64,000 bases of DNA from Candidatus Poribacteria bacterium (GCA_965205025.1 CBDBFU010000014.1:352001-416000), one strand, 5' to 3'. Shown: positions 11,092-23,636, counted from the stretch's first letter. Made by a program: numbers and translations. Notes: generated from the letters alone by a model not told the origin.

Positions 11092-11727
11092 ATGGATAGT
11101 CTCAAATCGCTTGTTTTTGTAGGAACTGAAGGGATTTATCATGACCATGATGGGAATGGACAATTCTTAACTGAACTGCTAAATAAAACAGGGAATGTAG
11201 TTGCTGATTTCTCACAAGACTATGATATTCTCAGTAATGGTCTAAATTCTTACCAATCTATACTTTTTTATACTGATGTTGGTGAACTAACATCGGAACA
11301 AGAGTTAGGATTACTTCAATATATAGAATCTGGTGGTGGATTCTTTGGCTTGCACACTGCAGCTGCATCTTTTAGGGAATCAGATGGATATCATGGAATG
11401 CTTAACGGATTCTTCAACGGTCATAGTCCATATATGGATTTTACTGTTAATGTAACTGAATCTGAACATCCAATTACAGTTGGATTAACTGACTTCGATG
11501 TAAAGGATGAACTCTATTATTTAATTCACAATCCAGATAATTCAAACCATCTCATGTCTGCCTATGACGATACAAAAGATCAGACCCATGTAATGGCTTT
11601 TTATCATATGTATGGTAAAGGGAGAGTATTTTATTTTGCCTTGGGTCATGATATGGTAGTACTTGAGAATCCAACATTTCAAGAGGTTATTCATAGAGGT
11701 GTTCTATGGGCAGGAAATCGGATCTGA
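11092..11727 (+). CDS. ThuA-domain protein
   Basis: GGGFFGLH, HPIT.GL..F...DELY, YGKGRVFYFALGH. Confidence 0.88.
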   Translation: MDSLKSLVFVGTEGIYHDHDGNGQFLTELLNKTGNVVADFSQDYDILSNGLNSYQSILFYTDVGELTSEQELGLLQYIESGGGFFGLHTAAASFRESDGYHGMLNGFFNGHSPYMDFTVNVTESEHPITVGLTDFDVKDELYYLIHNPDNSNHLMSAYDDTKDQTHVMAFYHMYGKGRVFYFALGHDMVVLENPTFQEVIHRGVLWAGNRI

Positions 11728-11805
11728 AAGCCATAGACGAATTAGCTATGCCTACCTGAATTACACTAATGAAAGTCTAACTATAGGAAGAAATAAGGAA
11801 GGATT

Positions 11806-12750
11806 TTATTGAGTAATGACTTGGGATTGTTGGGCAAGGATCTCATTGGCAGCAACGATATCTCTATTAATCTGTTGTCTTAAGGCGTGTATTGTTGAGA
11901 ATTTACGTTCGCTACGTATTTTCTCGATAAAAAATATCTCAAGGGTTTTCCCATAGACAATCTCGTCAAAATCAAATAAGTGACTTTCTACCTGAAATTC
12001 AGTTCCATTAAAGGTTGGTCGAATACCTATATTCACAACACCATTCAGCCAATGATCCTCTAATTTGGCATGAATAGCATACACTCCGTTTGGCGGACAA
12101 AGTTGTTCACCTGTATCTATATTCGCTGTTGGAAATCCTAACTGTTTACCACGTCCATCTCCCTGAATAATAGTTCCAATAACAGAATAGACCCTACCTA
12201 ATAATTGTGAGACTAAGCCAAGATCCCCTCGTGCTATAGATTGTCGTATTCGTGTACTATGTACGGGTAATCCATTTAACTGTGTTGGTGGTACAACCGA
12301 AACACCAAATCCTGATTTCTCTCCAATGGTTTTTAACAACTGTGCATTCCCTTGTCTGTCTTTTCCAAATTGACATGCATAACCGACAACGACGTGTTTT
12401 GCACGACACATATCACGGAGAATGGTATTAACAAAGGTGTCTGGAGACATTGAAGCAATACTCTCATCAAAGTTTACAAAGATTGTTATATCAATTCCAA
12501 GCTGCCTTAGAATCTCAATCCGTTTAGGTAAACACATTAAGACAGGGGGACATTTTTCTGGAGCAAGATGCGATAATGGGTGTGGATAGAATCCAAAAAG
12601 AATGCTTGTCAGAACTTCAGTATCTGCAATCGAACGGACTTCATGAAGAACATCTTGGTGACCAATATGTAATCCATCGAATACACCAAATGTTACCACA
12701 GAATCTTGACAAAATTCTGAAATGGATTCTAAATTATAAAATGATTGCAT
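11806..12750 (-). CDS. ribF: Bifunctional riboflavin kinase/FAD synthetase
   Basis: FDGLHIGH, STRIR, GRGKQLGFPTAN, NIGIRPT. Confidence 0.95.
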   Translation of the reverse strand: MQSFYNLESISEFCQDSVVTFGVFDGLHIGHQDVLHEVRSIADTEVLTSILFGFYPHPLSHLAPEKCPPVLMCLPKRIEILRQLGIDITIFVNFDESIASMSPDTFVNTILRDMCRAKHVVVGYACQFGKDRQGNAQLLKTIGEKSGFGVSVVPPTQLNGLPVHSTRIRQSIARGDLGLVSQLLGRVYSVIGTIIQGDGRGKQLGFPTANIDTGEQLCPPNGVYAIHAKLEDHWLNGVVNIGIRPTFNGTEFQVESHLFDFDEIVYGKTLEIFFIEKIRSERKFSTIHALRQQINRDIVAANEILAQQSQVITQ

Positions 12751-12945
12751 TCATCATCTCCGCAAGTTCTTGTGATAGCAATTCTTTAGAACTTAGTAGA
12801 ACATCTGAAAAAGGTGGTATATAAACTGTGAATATCTGTATATGTATACAGAAGTTTATACCCAGTGTTCTACAATAATAATTTATCCCCAAGTATCTGA
12901 ATTACTCAACGTAGGAAAACATTATTGGTAATATAAATAGTGTTC

Positions 12946-13923
12946 TTATATAGTATTTATTCGTCGTTTTGCACTTTCGACAAGTATTGTTATTGCGGAT
13001 GTATAAGGCAGGTTAATTCTACACCCAGAGGCACGTTCGTGTCCTCCCCCATTGAATTCAGCGGCTAATTCAGCCACATCCACACTACCTTCACTGCGTA
13101 AACTTATTTTTGAGTTTCCATCAGGTAATTCGCACACACAGATCGCTACTTCAACATTTTCGATTGCTTGAATCTGGTTTACAAATCCTTCTACATCATC
13201 AAAGGTAGTTTTAGTGTCATTAAACATAGCCTGAGTCACCAATACCCAAGCGATTTTACCATCAGGAGTTAGTTTCAACGTCCTTAATGTTTGTCCTAAT
13301 AAACGGATTTTTTCCAGAGAAACATGTTCATATACATAACGATAGATCTCATCAGGGGCAAAATTACCAATTTCAATTAAATTTGCTGCTATCCTATGTG
13401 TATCAGAGACTGCATTACTAAAACGAAAACAACCGGTATCAAACATTAGACCCGTATACAAACATAACGCACAAGCTTCATCAATCTCATAATTTGCCGA
13501 TTGAATTAGATTATATATGATTTCAGCAGTGGATGAAGCAGAAGGGATGATGATATTGTAATCCCCGAATTCTTCCGCAGTTATATGGTGATCGATATTT
13601 ACAACTGCATGTGTCGGAATAAGGCATTTACTAAGAAAAGGTCCGATCCGTTCACGTGAACTGGCATCCACAACGATTAAGATTTCTGGACTAAATGCTA
13701 CAGAAGCTTCTGCATTTTCAATTGTCTCCCAATTAGGGAGGAACTGATATTTATTTGGAACAACATCTGTATTAAAAATACGTACATTTTTCCCCAGTTT
13801 CTTGAGAACGAGGAAAAGAGCTAATTCAGAGCCAATCGCATCACCATCTGGACTCACATGTGTGGAAATAGCAAATGAACGATGTTGCTCAAATAAGGTG
13901 AGGACGGAGCGAAAACTATCCAT
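12946..13923 (-). CDS. nrnA: DHH-family oligoribonuclease/pAp phosphatase
   Basis: HVSPDGDAIGS, NIDHH, DTG, GGGH; position next to rbfA. Confidence 0.9.
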   Translation of the reverse strand: MDSFRSVLTLFEQHRSFAISTHVSPDGDAIGSELALFLVLKKLGKNVRIFNTDVVPNKYQFLPNWETIENAEASVAFSPEILIVVDASSRERIGPFLSKCLIPTHAVVNIDHHITAEEFGDYNIIIPSASSTAEIIYNLIQSANYEIDEACALCLYTGLMFDTGCFRFSNAVSDTHRIAANLIEIGNFAPDEIYRYVYEHVSLEKIRLLGQTLRTLKLTPDGKIAWVLVTQAMFNDTKTTFDDVEGFVNQIQAIENVEVAICVCELPDGNSKISLRSEGSVDVAELAAEFNGGGHERASGCRINLPYTSAITILVESAKRRINTI

Positions 13924-13928
13924 GGAAT

Positions 13929-14309
13929 CTAAATGTCGTGTACAGAATCTTCCGGTAAGTCATCGTCTGTTTCAATCTGTTTCAGTAAACCATCTATCTT
14001 CATCAGATGGTCTACTGAATCGTCTAAACCGAACCGGAGTTCAGGTGAATATCTGAGTGCCAATCGACGACTTATCTCTCGTCTCAAAAAACCTGCAGCA
14101 CTTTTTAGTCCAGCTAATGTTTCTTTTCTTTGTTCTGGACTTCCAATGACGCTCACTTTCACATCAACATATTTTAAGTCAGAGGACACTTCTGCATGGG
14201 TTACAGTACAAAATGCAATTCGCGGATCTTTTAATACACGTTGAATTACTTCACTCAATTCTCTCTGAATAAGTGCGGAGACACGATCCTGTCTTCTATT
14301 TTCTACCAT
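13929..14309 (-). CDS. rbfA: Ribosome-binding factor A
   Basis: RQDRV...KDPR...DLKYVDV...AGFLR..LRYSPELRF. Confidence 0.95.
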   Translation of the reverse strand: MVENRRQDRVSALIQRELSEVIQRVLKDPRIAFCTVTHAEVSSDLKYVDVKVSVIGSPEQRKETLAGLKSAAGFLRREISRRLALRYSPELRFGLDDSVDHLMKIDGLLKQIETDDDLPEDSVHDI

Positions 14310-14435
14310 GATTTTATCCTCTAATTGGTGGGAGATTAATAGTAATTATATTGGAAACTGATTATACACAAATACATCTTTACTTCAAGATATAGTTCAA
14401 TATAAAGTAAAATCTTACAACACGAATCCCAACTA

Positions 14436-14720
14436 TTAGAAGAAAAATTCTGTTTCGTAATCAGTCATAATCGCGGATGAATTTTCTTCAATGAATTTAA
14501 CGCATTGCGATAAAATTTGATTCACGAATTTTACTTCATTTGACACTGATACTACTCCTATAATTGCAGTCTGATGAATATCTTGTGCTTCAATTTCGGC
14601 GATGGCAATATTAAACTTATTTTTTAGTCGATCAATAATACTTTTTATTATTCTCCGTTTGTCCTTCAACGACTGGCATTCAGGTAAGTATAGCTTGATC
14701 TTACATACGCCGATGTGCAT
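14436..14720 (-). CDS. ylxP: DUF503 protein (YlxP)
   Basis: SLKDKRRIIKSIIDRLKNKFNIAIAE; synteny with infB-rbfA. Confidence 0.9.
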   Translation of the reverse strand: MHIGVCKIKLYLPECQSLKDKRRIIKSIIDRLKNKFNIAIAEIEAQDIHQTAIIGVVSVSNEVKFVNQILSQCVKFIEENSSAIMTDYETEFFF

Positions 14721-14856
14721 CTCTATGTTTATATTTTCAGAATTAAAATTAAAAGTTAAATCTCAATTAACTTCACCAAAAAGTAAATTGCTTGTTATAA
14801 AGATACTCAATGGTGGGTTAAAAAAACTCAGTCATTCTTGGAAATATCAGTAGATT

Positions 14857-17019
14857 TTATTGATTCCCTGATTGGAGTGTACGTGCCACTTCCTCATGTA
14901 CATAACATTCTAACACATCCCCAACTTTAATATCGTCAAATTCTTCAATACCGATGCCACATTCGTAATTTGCTTGTACTTCTGTGACATTATCTTTAAA
15001 TCGTCTAAGTGAGTCAACTTTTCCTTCAAATATTAATCTATTCTGTCGTAAGATACGAAGTGGTTGATTAAATGAAATTCGACCCCAATTAACATAACTA
15101 CCAGCAACCAATCCACTACGAGGCACCCTAAATATCTCTCTTACTTCAGCACGGCCAATGATGACTTCTCGTACTTCTGGTTCTAATAATCCTTCCATAG
15201 CGGATTGAATATCTGAAAGAATATCATAGATGACAGAATATGTGCGTACATCTATTCCTTCTGTTTCCGTTGCCTTCACAGCTTCTGTGGTTGGATGGAC
15301 ATTAAAACCCACAACAATCGCATCGGATGCAGAAGCCAGTAGAATATCTGTTTCTGTTATACCTCCAGTTGCTTCGTGAATGATATTAATCTTCACTTCA
15401 GTTGAACTGAGTTTTTGCAATGATTCAGTTATTGCTTGTACTGAACCCTGTACATCACCTTTTATTATAAGATTGAGATCCTTTATATCCCCCTCTTGAA
15501 TCTGTTGGTATAAATCGTCAAGACTTACATGACTATTAGTACCGAGTTGAGATATACGATATTTATCTTGTCTCTCCTCGCTGATAGTTCGCGCATCCTT
15601 TTCAGATTCAACAGCATAGAAGAGATTTCCAGCTTCTGGAACTCCTGTAAACCCAAGCACTTCTACAGGGGTGGATGGTTGTGCTTCTTTTAGACGTATT
15701 CCATCATCACTCATCATTGCTCGGACTCTACCGGAATATCGTCCAGACACAAATGAATCGCCAACCCGTAATGTACCACTTTGAACTAAGACTGTCGCTA
15801 CGGCCCCCCGACCTTTATCAACTTGTGCTTCAATAACAACACCTCGAGCAGGTTTGTTAGGATTGGCTTTTAATTCCAAAAGTGCAGCTTCAAGTAAAAT
15901 CATCTCAAGGAGTAAGTCAATACCGGTTCCTTCCATTGCGGATACTTCAACACAAATTGTTTGTCCACCCCAATCTTCTGGTACTAAATCGTTATCAACT
16001 AACTGCTGTTTGACAAAATCAGATCTTGCCCCAGGTACATCAATCTTATTTATTGCCACAACAATAGGTACCTTAGCAGCTTTGGCATGATTTATTGCCT
16101 CAATTGTTTGGGGCATTACCCCATCGTCCGCAGCAACAATCAAGACAACAAGATCGGTTACTTGAGCACCGCGAGCACGCATAGCAGTAAATGCTGCGTG
16201 ACCAGGTGTGTCAAGAAATACGATATTTCCATTTTCTAATTCAACATGGTATGCACCTATATGTTGAGTGATATTTCCTGCTTCAGATTCGCTAATATTT
16301 GATTCTCGTATAGAGTCCAATAATGAGGTCTTACCATGATCTACATGCCCCATTATAGTAACAACAGGGGCGCGAGGGACTAATGATTCCGGTGGGTCTT
16401 CATCTATGCTAAACAGTTCTTCTTCAAGCGTTTTCTCCTGTATAATTACAAAATTATACTCCTTACTTAGTGCTATCAGTGTTTCATGATCTAAGCTCTG
16501 GTTGATTGCTGCCATGACTTTTAATTTCATCAATTGCATAATCAACTGGTTTGGTTGTAAATTAAGCTGAGATGCTAATGCACCCACTGTTATACCTTCT
16601 TGAATTTGTAAGATGGAGTCTTCTGGCTTATCGGGTTCAGGTACGGGTTCTAATTCATCCTGTCTTGTATCATCTGAGACGTTTACCTTATCTACTTTGT
16701 CTTCTGATTCAATCTCAACAATTTCAGTATCCTCACTTTCGTCCTTTTCATCAGATTTCGATTCAATGTTGATTGCCTCTTGTTCTTGTTCATTAGAAAC
16801 CATTGTTTCTTGTGGATGTAATTCTGCTTCAACTAAAATTATCGTCTCTGGATCTAAAGTACTCATGTGGTTTTTAATTGGCACACCGAGTTCGACTAAT
16901 ATCTCTATTAGTTCCTTACTACTTAACTCATAACGTTTAGCCAATTCATAAACCCTAACATTGGGACTTTGAGATGTTTTTACTTCAGATGTATCTGATT
17001 GTGGTTTCTGTTTACCCAT
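14857..17019 (-). CDS. infB: Translation initiation factor IF-2 (start reassigned to ATG 17019)
   Basis: VRVYELAK N-domain, [17 protein letters not shown]; SD aaggaggc upstream of 17019. Confidence 0.96.
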   Translation of the reverse strand: MGKQKPQSDTSEVKTSQSPNVRVYELAKRYELSSKELIEILVELGVPIKNHMSTLDPETIILVEAELHPQETMVSNEQEQEAINIESKSDEKDESEDTEIVEIESEDKVDKVNVSDDTRQDELEPVPEPDKPEDSILQIQEGITVGALASQLNLQPNQLIMQLMKLKVMAAINQSLDHETLIALSKEYNFVIIQEKTLEEELFSIDEDPPESLVPRAPVVTIMGHVDHGKTSLLDSIRESNISESEAGNITQHIGAYHVELENGNIVFLDTPGHAAFTAMRARGAQVTDLVVLIVAADDGVMPQTIEAINHAKAAKVPIVVAINKIDVPGARSDFVKQQLVDNDLVPEDWGGQTICVEVSAMEGTGIDLLLEMILLEAALLELKANPNKPARGVVIEAQVDKGRGAVATVLVQSGTLRVGDSFVSGRYSGRVRAMMSDDGIRLKEAQPSTPVEVLGFTGVPEAGNLFYAVESEKDARTISEERQDKYRISQLGTNSHVSLDDLYQQIQEGDIKDLNLIIKGDVQGSVQAITESLQKLSSTEVKINIIHEATGGITETDILLASASDAIVVGFNVHPTTEAVKATETEGIDVRTYSVIYDILSDIQSAMEGLLEPEVREVIIGRAEVREIFRVPRSGLVAGSYVNWGRISFNQPLRILRQNRLIFEGKVDSLRRFKDNVTEVQANYECGIGIEEFDDIKVGDVLECYVHEEVARTLQSGNQ

Positions 17020-17299
17020 CGGCGGTCGCCTCCTTATCAAGGATTGCCTGTTCGAATTCGGTGATAACGGATTTTGGTAATTGTACACGTAGCAACGTAT
17101 TTATCCGTTTTGGTTCTTTAAATGCTCTTTGTATACACACTTTAGATCTACATATATATGCTCCACGCCCAGGAAGTCTCTTGAATCCATCAATTTGTAA
17201 GAACTTACCTGTGGAACACACAAAACGGATTAATGTCTTCTGTGGGAATTTACCCCGGCACCCTATACAGGTACGTATGGGTACATTAAGATTATCCAT
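17012..17299 (-). CDS. ylxR: YlxR/RnpM (DUF448) RNA-binding protein
   Basis: PIRTCIGCR, PGRGAYIC; synteny. Confidence 0.9.
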   Translation of the reverse strand: MDNLNVPIRTCIGCRGKFPQKTLIRFVCSTGKFLQIDGFKRLPGRGAYICRSKVCIQRAFKEPKRINTLLRVQLPKSVITEFEQAILDKEATADG

Positions 17300-17385
17300 T
17301 AATTATGTTACAAAGCGGTTACCTATGAATCTTTCTACATTAATATAAGCAGTAGGTAATAATCCTATTATTCCTTTGATACTTC

Positions 17386-18666
17386 TTAAATATTTTCCTC
17401 TGAATCAGCTAATTTATCATCAGCACCTTCAGATTCCGAATCACTTGAATTGTGGGTATTATTAACTTCCTCATCAAATATATCACTATTTTCCAATGGC
17501 AATTCTTCTGATTCTGATGTGATAGCATTTTCATCGGATCCAGCAACTGTTTCTTCATTAACTTCATCTTTAAACAATGTATCCAATGAAACAGGTACTT
17601 CGGATTCACTCTTGATGTCTATATGCCACCCTGTCAATTTCGCTGCTAGCCGAGCGTTTTGTCCTCTTCTTCCTATAGCAAGTGATAATTGATCGTCTGG
17701 AACTATGACGTTTGCAGTCATTTCTTCCTCATTTAGCTCAACTCTCCGTATCATTGCAGTTTTTAATTTTAGTGAGTTAGTGATATATGTTATCGGATCT
17801 TCACTCCATTCAATGATATCAATTTTTTCATTTTTTAATTCTCGGACCATTGTCTGAACTCGGGCACCTCTAACACCAACACATGTTCCAACTGCATCTA
17901 TACCTTCTTCGTTAGCAGTAACTGCAACCTTTGCCCGATGTCCTGGATCACGAACAACAGCCATGACACGAACCTGTCCATCATAAACCTCTGGAACTTC
18001 ATGCTCAAATAACATTGTTATCAGATCGGCATGTGTTCGGGAGACGACAATTTGCTCCCCAGTCACACTATTCTTTACTTCTAAAATAAGACAACGAATG
18101 GCATCACCCCGGTTATACCTATGTGTAGGTGGAATCTGACTGGCAGGTAGCAATGCTTCAGTTCGTAGGACATCGGTCCGTTCTAAATCAACAATTGCAT
18201 TTGGTCCATCATAACGTTGAAGATAGCAGACGACCACCTCACCCTCGCGACCTTCAAATTCTTTGTATATCAAGTCACGTTCAGCTTCTCGTAGTTTTCC
18301 AAGAAGGATTTGCCGTCCTAACTGAGCCTGAATCCTTCCAAATTCTTCGGGATTAATTTCAACTTCAAGGATATCACCGATTTTTGCATCAGGATCAAGC
18401 TTTTCCGCCTCCTCAATTGGTATCTCCGTTGAAAAGTCGTGCATAATATCTACAACTTCTTTAGGAACATGACATTTAATTTCTTCAGAGTCAAGTTCAA
18501 TATCTATTGATACCTTAGCCTCAGGTCCGTAATGACGTAAGGCAATTACATGTAGGGCATCCTCAATTGCTTGTATGAAAACGTCCTCAGGTAAGTCTGT
18601 GTGTCCCATCAGTTGACGTATAGATTGTTGTAAACTTTCTCTTCTTTCTTCTTTTCTCTGTTTCAT
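17386..18666 (-). CDS. nusA: Transcription termination/antitermination factor NusA
   Basis: FGRIQAQ, S1+KH domains, SLAIGRRGQNARLAAKLTGWHIDI. Confidence 0.96.
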   Translation of the reverse strand: MKQRKEERRESLQQSIRQLMGHTDLPEDVFIQAIEDALHVIALRHYGPEAKVSIDIELDSEEIKCHVPKEVVDIMHDFSTEIPIEEAEKLDPDAKIGDILEVEINPEEFGRIQAQLGRQILLGKLREAERDLIYKEFEGREGEVVVCYLQRYDGPNAIVDLERTDVLRTEALLPASQIPPTHRYNRGDAIRCLILEVKNSVTGEQIVVSRTHADLITMLFEHEVPEVYDGQVRVMAVVRDPGHRAKVAVTANEEGIDAVGTCVGVRGARVQTMVRELKNEKIDIIEWSEDPITYITNSLKLKTAMIRRVELNEEEMTANVIVPDDQLSLAIGRRGQNARLAAKLTGWHIDIKSESEVPVSLDTLFKDEVNEETVAGSDENAITSESEELPLENSDIFDEEVNNTHNSSDSESEGADDKLADSEENI

Positions 18667-18703
18667 AATACTCCCACATCATGCATAACTGGCAACTAAT
18701 TTA

Positions 18704-19176
18704 TCATTCTATTGATTGCCAATCTAATTGAATCTGCCCTTTTAAGATCTGTGAAAATTCAATATGGACGGTTTCACCCGATGCTTGTTTAATAATTAGG
18801 ATTCCGTCTTTTATATCAATCACCTCTCCAAGTACATCGTTATGTTGTTTGTCTGATGTATATGTATCAACTTTTACTGTCCTTCCTTTATTTCTCTGAA
18901 AATCTGCTTCTGTAATTAATGGACGGTCAATTCCTGGTGAAGCGATTTCGAGATGCTTGTATTTGGACATTATCTGGTTTACTTCCAATATTGGGAGCAC
19001 AACTTTATTCACATTTTGGCAATCGGATATTGAGAGTCCACCCGGTTTGTGTATCAATAATCTGAGTATCTGATTTCTTTTACCACCAGATGTCTCAACG
19101 GCTACTAATTCATATCCTTCTATATTTAAAAGGATGTCAACATCTCCGCGACCATATTCTCATTGCCTTCAGACAT
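18704..19176 (-). CDS. rimP: Ribosome maturation factor RimP (apparent 1-nt frameshift near 19128)
   Basis: GYELVAVE...ILRLLIHKPGGLSISDC...LEIASPGIDRPL; the upstream ATG (MSEGNENMVAEMLTS) joins if one T is added to a T-run. Confidence 0.88.
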
Positions 19177-19191
19177 TTTACACCCCTATAT

Positions 19192-19236
19192 AAAACAAAA
19201 AACGAGAACTTTCTCATAATGGAGAGCCTCGCGGTT
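19192..19236 (-). promoter_or_regulatory. Terminator-like leader hairpin upstream of rimP
   Basis: Minus strand gcgaggctctc...gaaagttctcg followed by a T-run, just before the rimP start. Confidence 0.4.
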
Positions 19237-19568
19237 CAGTGAATTATTTGCTGATTATATAGAGTCGTAAGACTACTACTGCATCAGCAGATTAGTAAAT
19301 TTGACCTGAATGACTATATATTACATGGTATCCCTATCCTTTTGTAAACAAAGTCAAATTCATGAACGACTCACCTATGGTCAAACAATCTATAATCACT
19401 GTCTTGTTTTAAACACGATTTATATCTCACATTTCTTGAGTATAACAGTTTAACCTATTCAATATACATTTGTCAAGATTTATTTTCTCAAGTCCATTAG
19501 CATTCAATTGTGAAATATAGATACATTCTCATATACCTTTTTACATATCACAAAGATATGTTATACTA

Positions 19569-20195
19569 ATGACTATGAGTATGTTTCGTGAACACTGGAT
19601 AGGTGGTTTAACTGCCTATAGCGTCTTTTTTATAGTTTCACTTATAACCACACTTACAGTTTCTATTTTTTATGGATCACCTTTTGACTGGAATCCTACA
19701 ATAACTCTAAATCCATTGGAAATTGTTGGATGTTTCGTAATTGCTTTGCTTTTTGGACTGTGGCCAGATGTTGATATTACAAGCAAAAGTCAGAAGATTT
19801 TTTATGGTGTGTTATTTGTAGTCAATTTCTCTCTTATTCTGTTCCTTCGTAGATATCTGGAATCCGCAATTATTGGATTGCTTGCAATGCTGCCTATTCT
19901 GAGCAAACATCGCGGATGGACGCATTCAAAAGTAACAATGTTATTATTACCTATGTTGTTTATGTTGATTCCAATATACACAGAATATCCTGATAGACAT
20001 TGGAGTATGAATTGGGATATATTATCAGAGCAAATAGTATCATTAGTCACTTGGGAACGACTTCCAACGGTAGCACAAAAAGGAATTGCTTTCTATCTTG
20101 CAGGTTTAATTGGTTATGCATCACATCTCTATCTTGATGGGATTTTATTTGTCTCACGCAAAACTAAACGAAAGAAAGCATATACTATGTTATGA
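19569..20195 (+). CDS. Membrane-bound metal-dependent hydrolase (YdjM-like)
   Basis: EH..G, WPDVD, KHRGWTHS, GYASHLYLD. Confidence 0.85.
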   Translation: MTMSMFREHWIGGLTAYSVFFIVSLITTLTVSIFYGSPFDWNPTITLNPLEIVGCFVIALLFGLWPDVDITSKSQKIFYGVLFVVNFSLILFLRRYLESAIIGLLAMLPILSKHRGWTHSKVTMLLLPMLFMLIPIYTEYPDRHWSMNWDILSEQIVSLVTWERLPTVAQKGIAFYLAGLIGYASHLYLDGILFVSRKTKRKKAYTML

Positions 20196-21493
20196 ATCAA
20201 GTGGTTGTCGAAACTAAAGAATTGCAGTTGAATCCTTCCATTAAAATGCTTGATATTTTTGCAGAAGATAGGAACGTCCCTCTCTTTCTTGTTGGAGGAA
20301 GTGTGCGAGATCTACTTCTCAAGAGATCTACAAATGATTATGATTTTACATTGGCTTCTGATGCAATTGAGTTTGCAAAAGCTTTTTCAGAAAGTATAAA
20401 TGCACCTTTTATACAATTAGAGGAAAAACCTGCTACGGCGCGCGTGATTGCAAACTATTCTAAAGTTGGTGATAATCAGTTTACTATTGACTTTGCTCAA
20501 TATAGGGCACAATCTTTGGTAGAAGATCTACAATTACGGGATCTCACGATTAATGCAATGGCTATTCCGCTTAAGTCTTTACTTAGATCTGAGCAACCTG
20601 AACTAATAGATCCTTGTGATGGAAGAAATGATTTAGATAATGAAATACTCAAATTTCCCTCTGAAGAAGTCATACTTCATGACCCTCATCGTTTACTAAG
20701 GATTTTTAGATTCGCTGCACAATTGGATTTTCAAATTTCCCAAGTCTCTATGTCTTATGTCAATAAGCATCAATATAGGTTAGCAGAAGTATCTAAGGAA
20801 AGAATCCGTGATGAGTTTTTGAAAATACTCAATACCAAAAACTCAATTAAATACCTTCTGGAAATGTTAAATGTTGGACTATTATCACAAGTTCTACCCA
20901 CAATCAAAGAATCTGATAATTTGAAAGCAGCCCTTATGAATTATGAAGATAACACAATTCCTGATGAAATTAGTCAATATAAGCGTAAAATTCAATTATA
21001 TCTCAGGGAAGAATTAGGTGCAGAAGCTACCAGAAATGCATTAATTAAACTATCTCTCCTCATGATAGATAATAAAGATATTGGAAAATTACTTCGTCTC
21101 AGTAGAATTGCAATAAAGTTCACCGAAACTGTTATTGAGGGTTATCACTTTATTCAAGAATCTCATTTAACAGAGAAGAAAATAATAAATCTACTAAGAA
21201 GTTCACATATAGATTTATGGGGTGTGCTCTTATTTCTGCTGCTCTAAACCCGAATTTAACGCATCAATTCAAGAGAATAGTGAATACCTATTACAACCAT
21301 TTTTCTACCGATTATGAAACAAGGACGACTCATCACAGGAAAAGACATTATTAATGAGTTTCAGTTGAAGGGAGGAAAAAAAGTGGGGGCAATTTTGAAG
21401 GTGATTGAAGATAAACAATTTTATGGCGAGATTAAGACTCGAGCTGAAGCATTGGCTGTAGTTGAAACACTTATCTACGAACAGAGAAAATGA
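20192..21493 (+). CDS. cca: CCA-adding enzyme / poly(A) polymerase family (interrupted by two compensating indels near 21232 and 21301)
   Basis: LVGGSVRD, DYDF, EDLQLRDLTINA, DPHRLLR, SKERI; C-terminus LITGKDIINEFQLKGGKKVGAILK continues in the original frame to TGA 21493. Confidence 0.85.
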
Positions 21494-21497
21494 TAAA

Positions 21498-22181
21498 TTA
21501 ATCATTGATTTGTATATCGTGTCGTTTCTTTAGAACTCTTGGAATAAGTGATACTAATACAATTAGAACTCCTGCACCAGATAAATATAGTAGAGTCTTC
21601 TTTAGACTCCCCTCACCACTTACAAGAGCACCCCCTATTTGGACATAAGCAATTGTTCCCGGTAACATAAAAATACCCGAAACAATTACATAGGTAATGA
21701 ATTTTATTCCCGTCAATCCGTAGGCATAATTTTGTAGATTAAAAGGAAAAATAGGTACTAAACGCGTAAACATCAGAATACGCCACCCCTCTTGTTCTAA
21801 TCTTTCATCAATTTTCTGAAATTGAGGATTACCTTCAACCCAACTCTCAACCAAGTCTCGAGCAGCATAACGTGCAACAAGGAATGCAAGAGATACACCA
21901 ATAATTGCACCAATCACAGCGTATATTACACCAAACACTGGTCCAAATGCTACCCCAGATAGAACTGTTATAGGTAAGCCGGGGAGGAAGAATAGAGTTC
22001 CTACTATATAAAAACAGATATATATAACAGGGGCAATAATACCATATCCCGAAACCCATTCTTTGATCTGATATACATTCTTAAGATCAATGTACTTGGT
22101 GACACCAAAAACTCTTAACAGAATGTATACTATACCTATAAGTCCGAGAGCAATAAGAAGTTTGATGAATTTATTGTTCAT
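21498..22181 (-). CDS. TVP38/TMEM64 (DedA/SNARE-associated) membrane protein
   Basis: LPGLPIT..G..FG, RLVPIFPFNLQNYAYG. Confidence 0.9.
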   Translation of the reverse strand: MNNKFIKLLIALGLIGIVYILLRVFGVTKYIDLKNVYQIKEWVSGYGIIAPVIYICFYIVGTLFFLPGLPITVLSGVAFGPVFGVIYAVIGAIIGVSLAFLVARYAARDLVESWVEGNPQFQKIDERLEQEGWRILMFTRLVPIFPFNLQNYAYGLTGIKFITYVIVSGIFMLPGTIAYVQIGGALVSGEGSLKKTLLYLSGAGVLIVLVSLIPRVLKKRHDIQIND

Positions 22182-23636
22182 TGATTTTGTTAATTGTCTC
22201 TAAATACGCCTTGATTTGTGTTCGGTACTTAACTGGTATTCGGTTTGTCTGGATTGCTTGGGCATATTCACGTTGTGCATTGAGTACAACATCACTAAAT
22301 GGCAAATAGTCTGATTCATCCACAGCATCCCTGTTATTACCACTGAAAACTCTCGATGAGGGATTTAGTTCAGATATCGAATTGGAGTTTAGTATTATAT
22401 CTTTTCCATCAATTCCAATAGATGGTATTTGATCTCCTGTGAGGGGTTCAGTTAACTCTGTATTATCTACATTCGATTCTTCATTACTTTCAGATTTTAA
22501 AGAATTTGCCGTGTCATTATTCACTAATGTTCCTTGAGTTTCATTATTAGCGGATTCATCACCAGGAGCACTATCACTACCGGCAAGTCCTCCATTTGAT
22601 TGTTCAAATTCTAAGCCAGCCAAAGCAATGTCTTTTCTACTTTCTGTGAGTTGCTTCTCAAGATCATTCAGTTGATTCAATTGATCTAATGAATTCAGAA
22701 TTTCCTGGAGTGTTTCTTCAGAAACATTTTCTGTTTGTGCCTTCTGTAATGTATTACTCAATATACCTCCTGCCATATTGTCTGAGAGTTTCTCGAGTAA
22801 TTTCCTAATATCTGCCTGAGTTCAGGAGTAAGTTCTGGTTGATTTAGTAATTTTTCAAACTCATTTGCAAGTTCATCAGCATTCATACCCTTAAAGTTTT
22901 GCGTTGCTTGTGTAGCATCTTGAATTGTTGTTTCATCAGGAAGATTCGCTTTTTGTTCTTGAACAATTCTATTTAACTCACGTAAATGTTCTTGTGCAGA
23001 TGAAACATCTTTTACGTTTTTAAGTTTACTTACAGTCTCATTTATCTCATCTTTTAATCTTGGATCCATGATGGAGTTCAACATATTTTCAAGGTTTATA
23101 TATGTAGAATCAATTGCAATTTGTTCTTTAGATGATGGTGGTTCAGGAAGTGTGTATTGCCGTGGAATTGCAAAGGATACACCAATAATTAACAGTGGAA
23201 TAGGTAACCACTTAATAGACTTTGGTAATGAATATGGGAGAACTTTCTGTTGATCTAAGTTTATGATACACTCAGATGTGTTGTGAATTTGCTGTTGTGC
23301 CACTTCATCATCTCTATTTTCTTTTATGAGATTTAGGGCAGTACTAACACGTTCCTTTAATTTTTGGTGTCTATCAACAAGGTGTGCCATATACTGAATT
23401 GATTTTCTATTAAAAAAACTTAGAACTATGCCAAATAGAATGGCACCAATGATAAATATTGATGTTCCTATAGTTATTGAATATGGAAAATTGATAAACC
23501 GTATTCCAACGAATAGTATTGCAAGTATAAACATCACACATAACATCAATAACGACACATGATGTATTATTACCTGTAGGTGTGCTTTTTTTCGCAGATT
23601 GTGTAAATAGTTTATGATATATCTTGAGGGTTCCAT
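22171..23636 (-). CDS. Membrane-anchored coiled-coil protein, split by an apparent frameshift near 22800 (ORFs 22758-23636 and 22171-22776)
   Basis: LKERVSTAL after two TM helices; C-terminal IPVKYRTQIKAY motif typical of DUF4175-like proteins. Confidence 0.6.
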
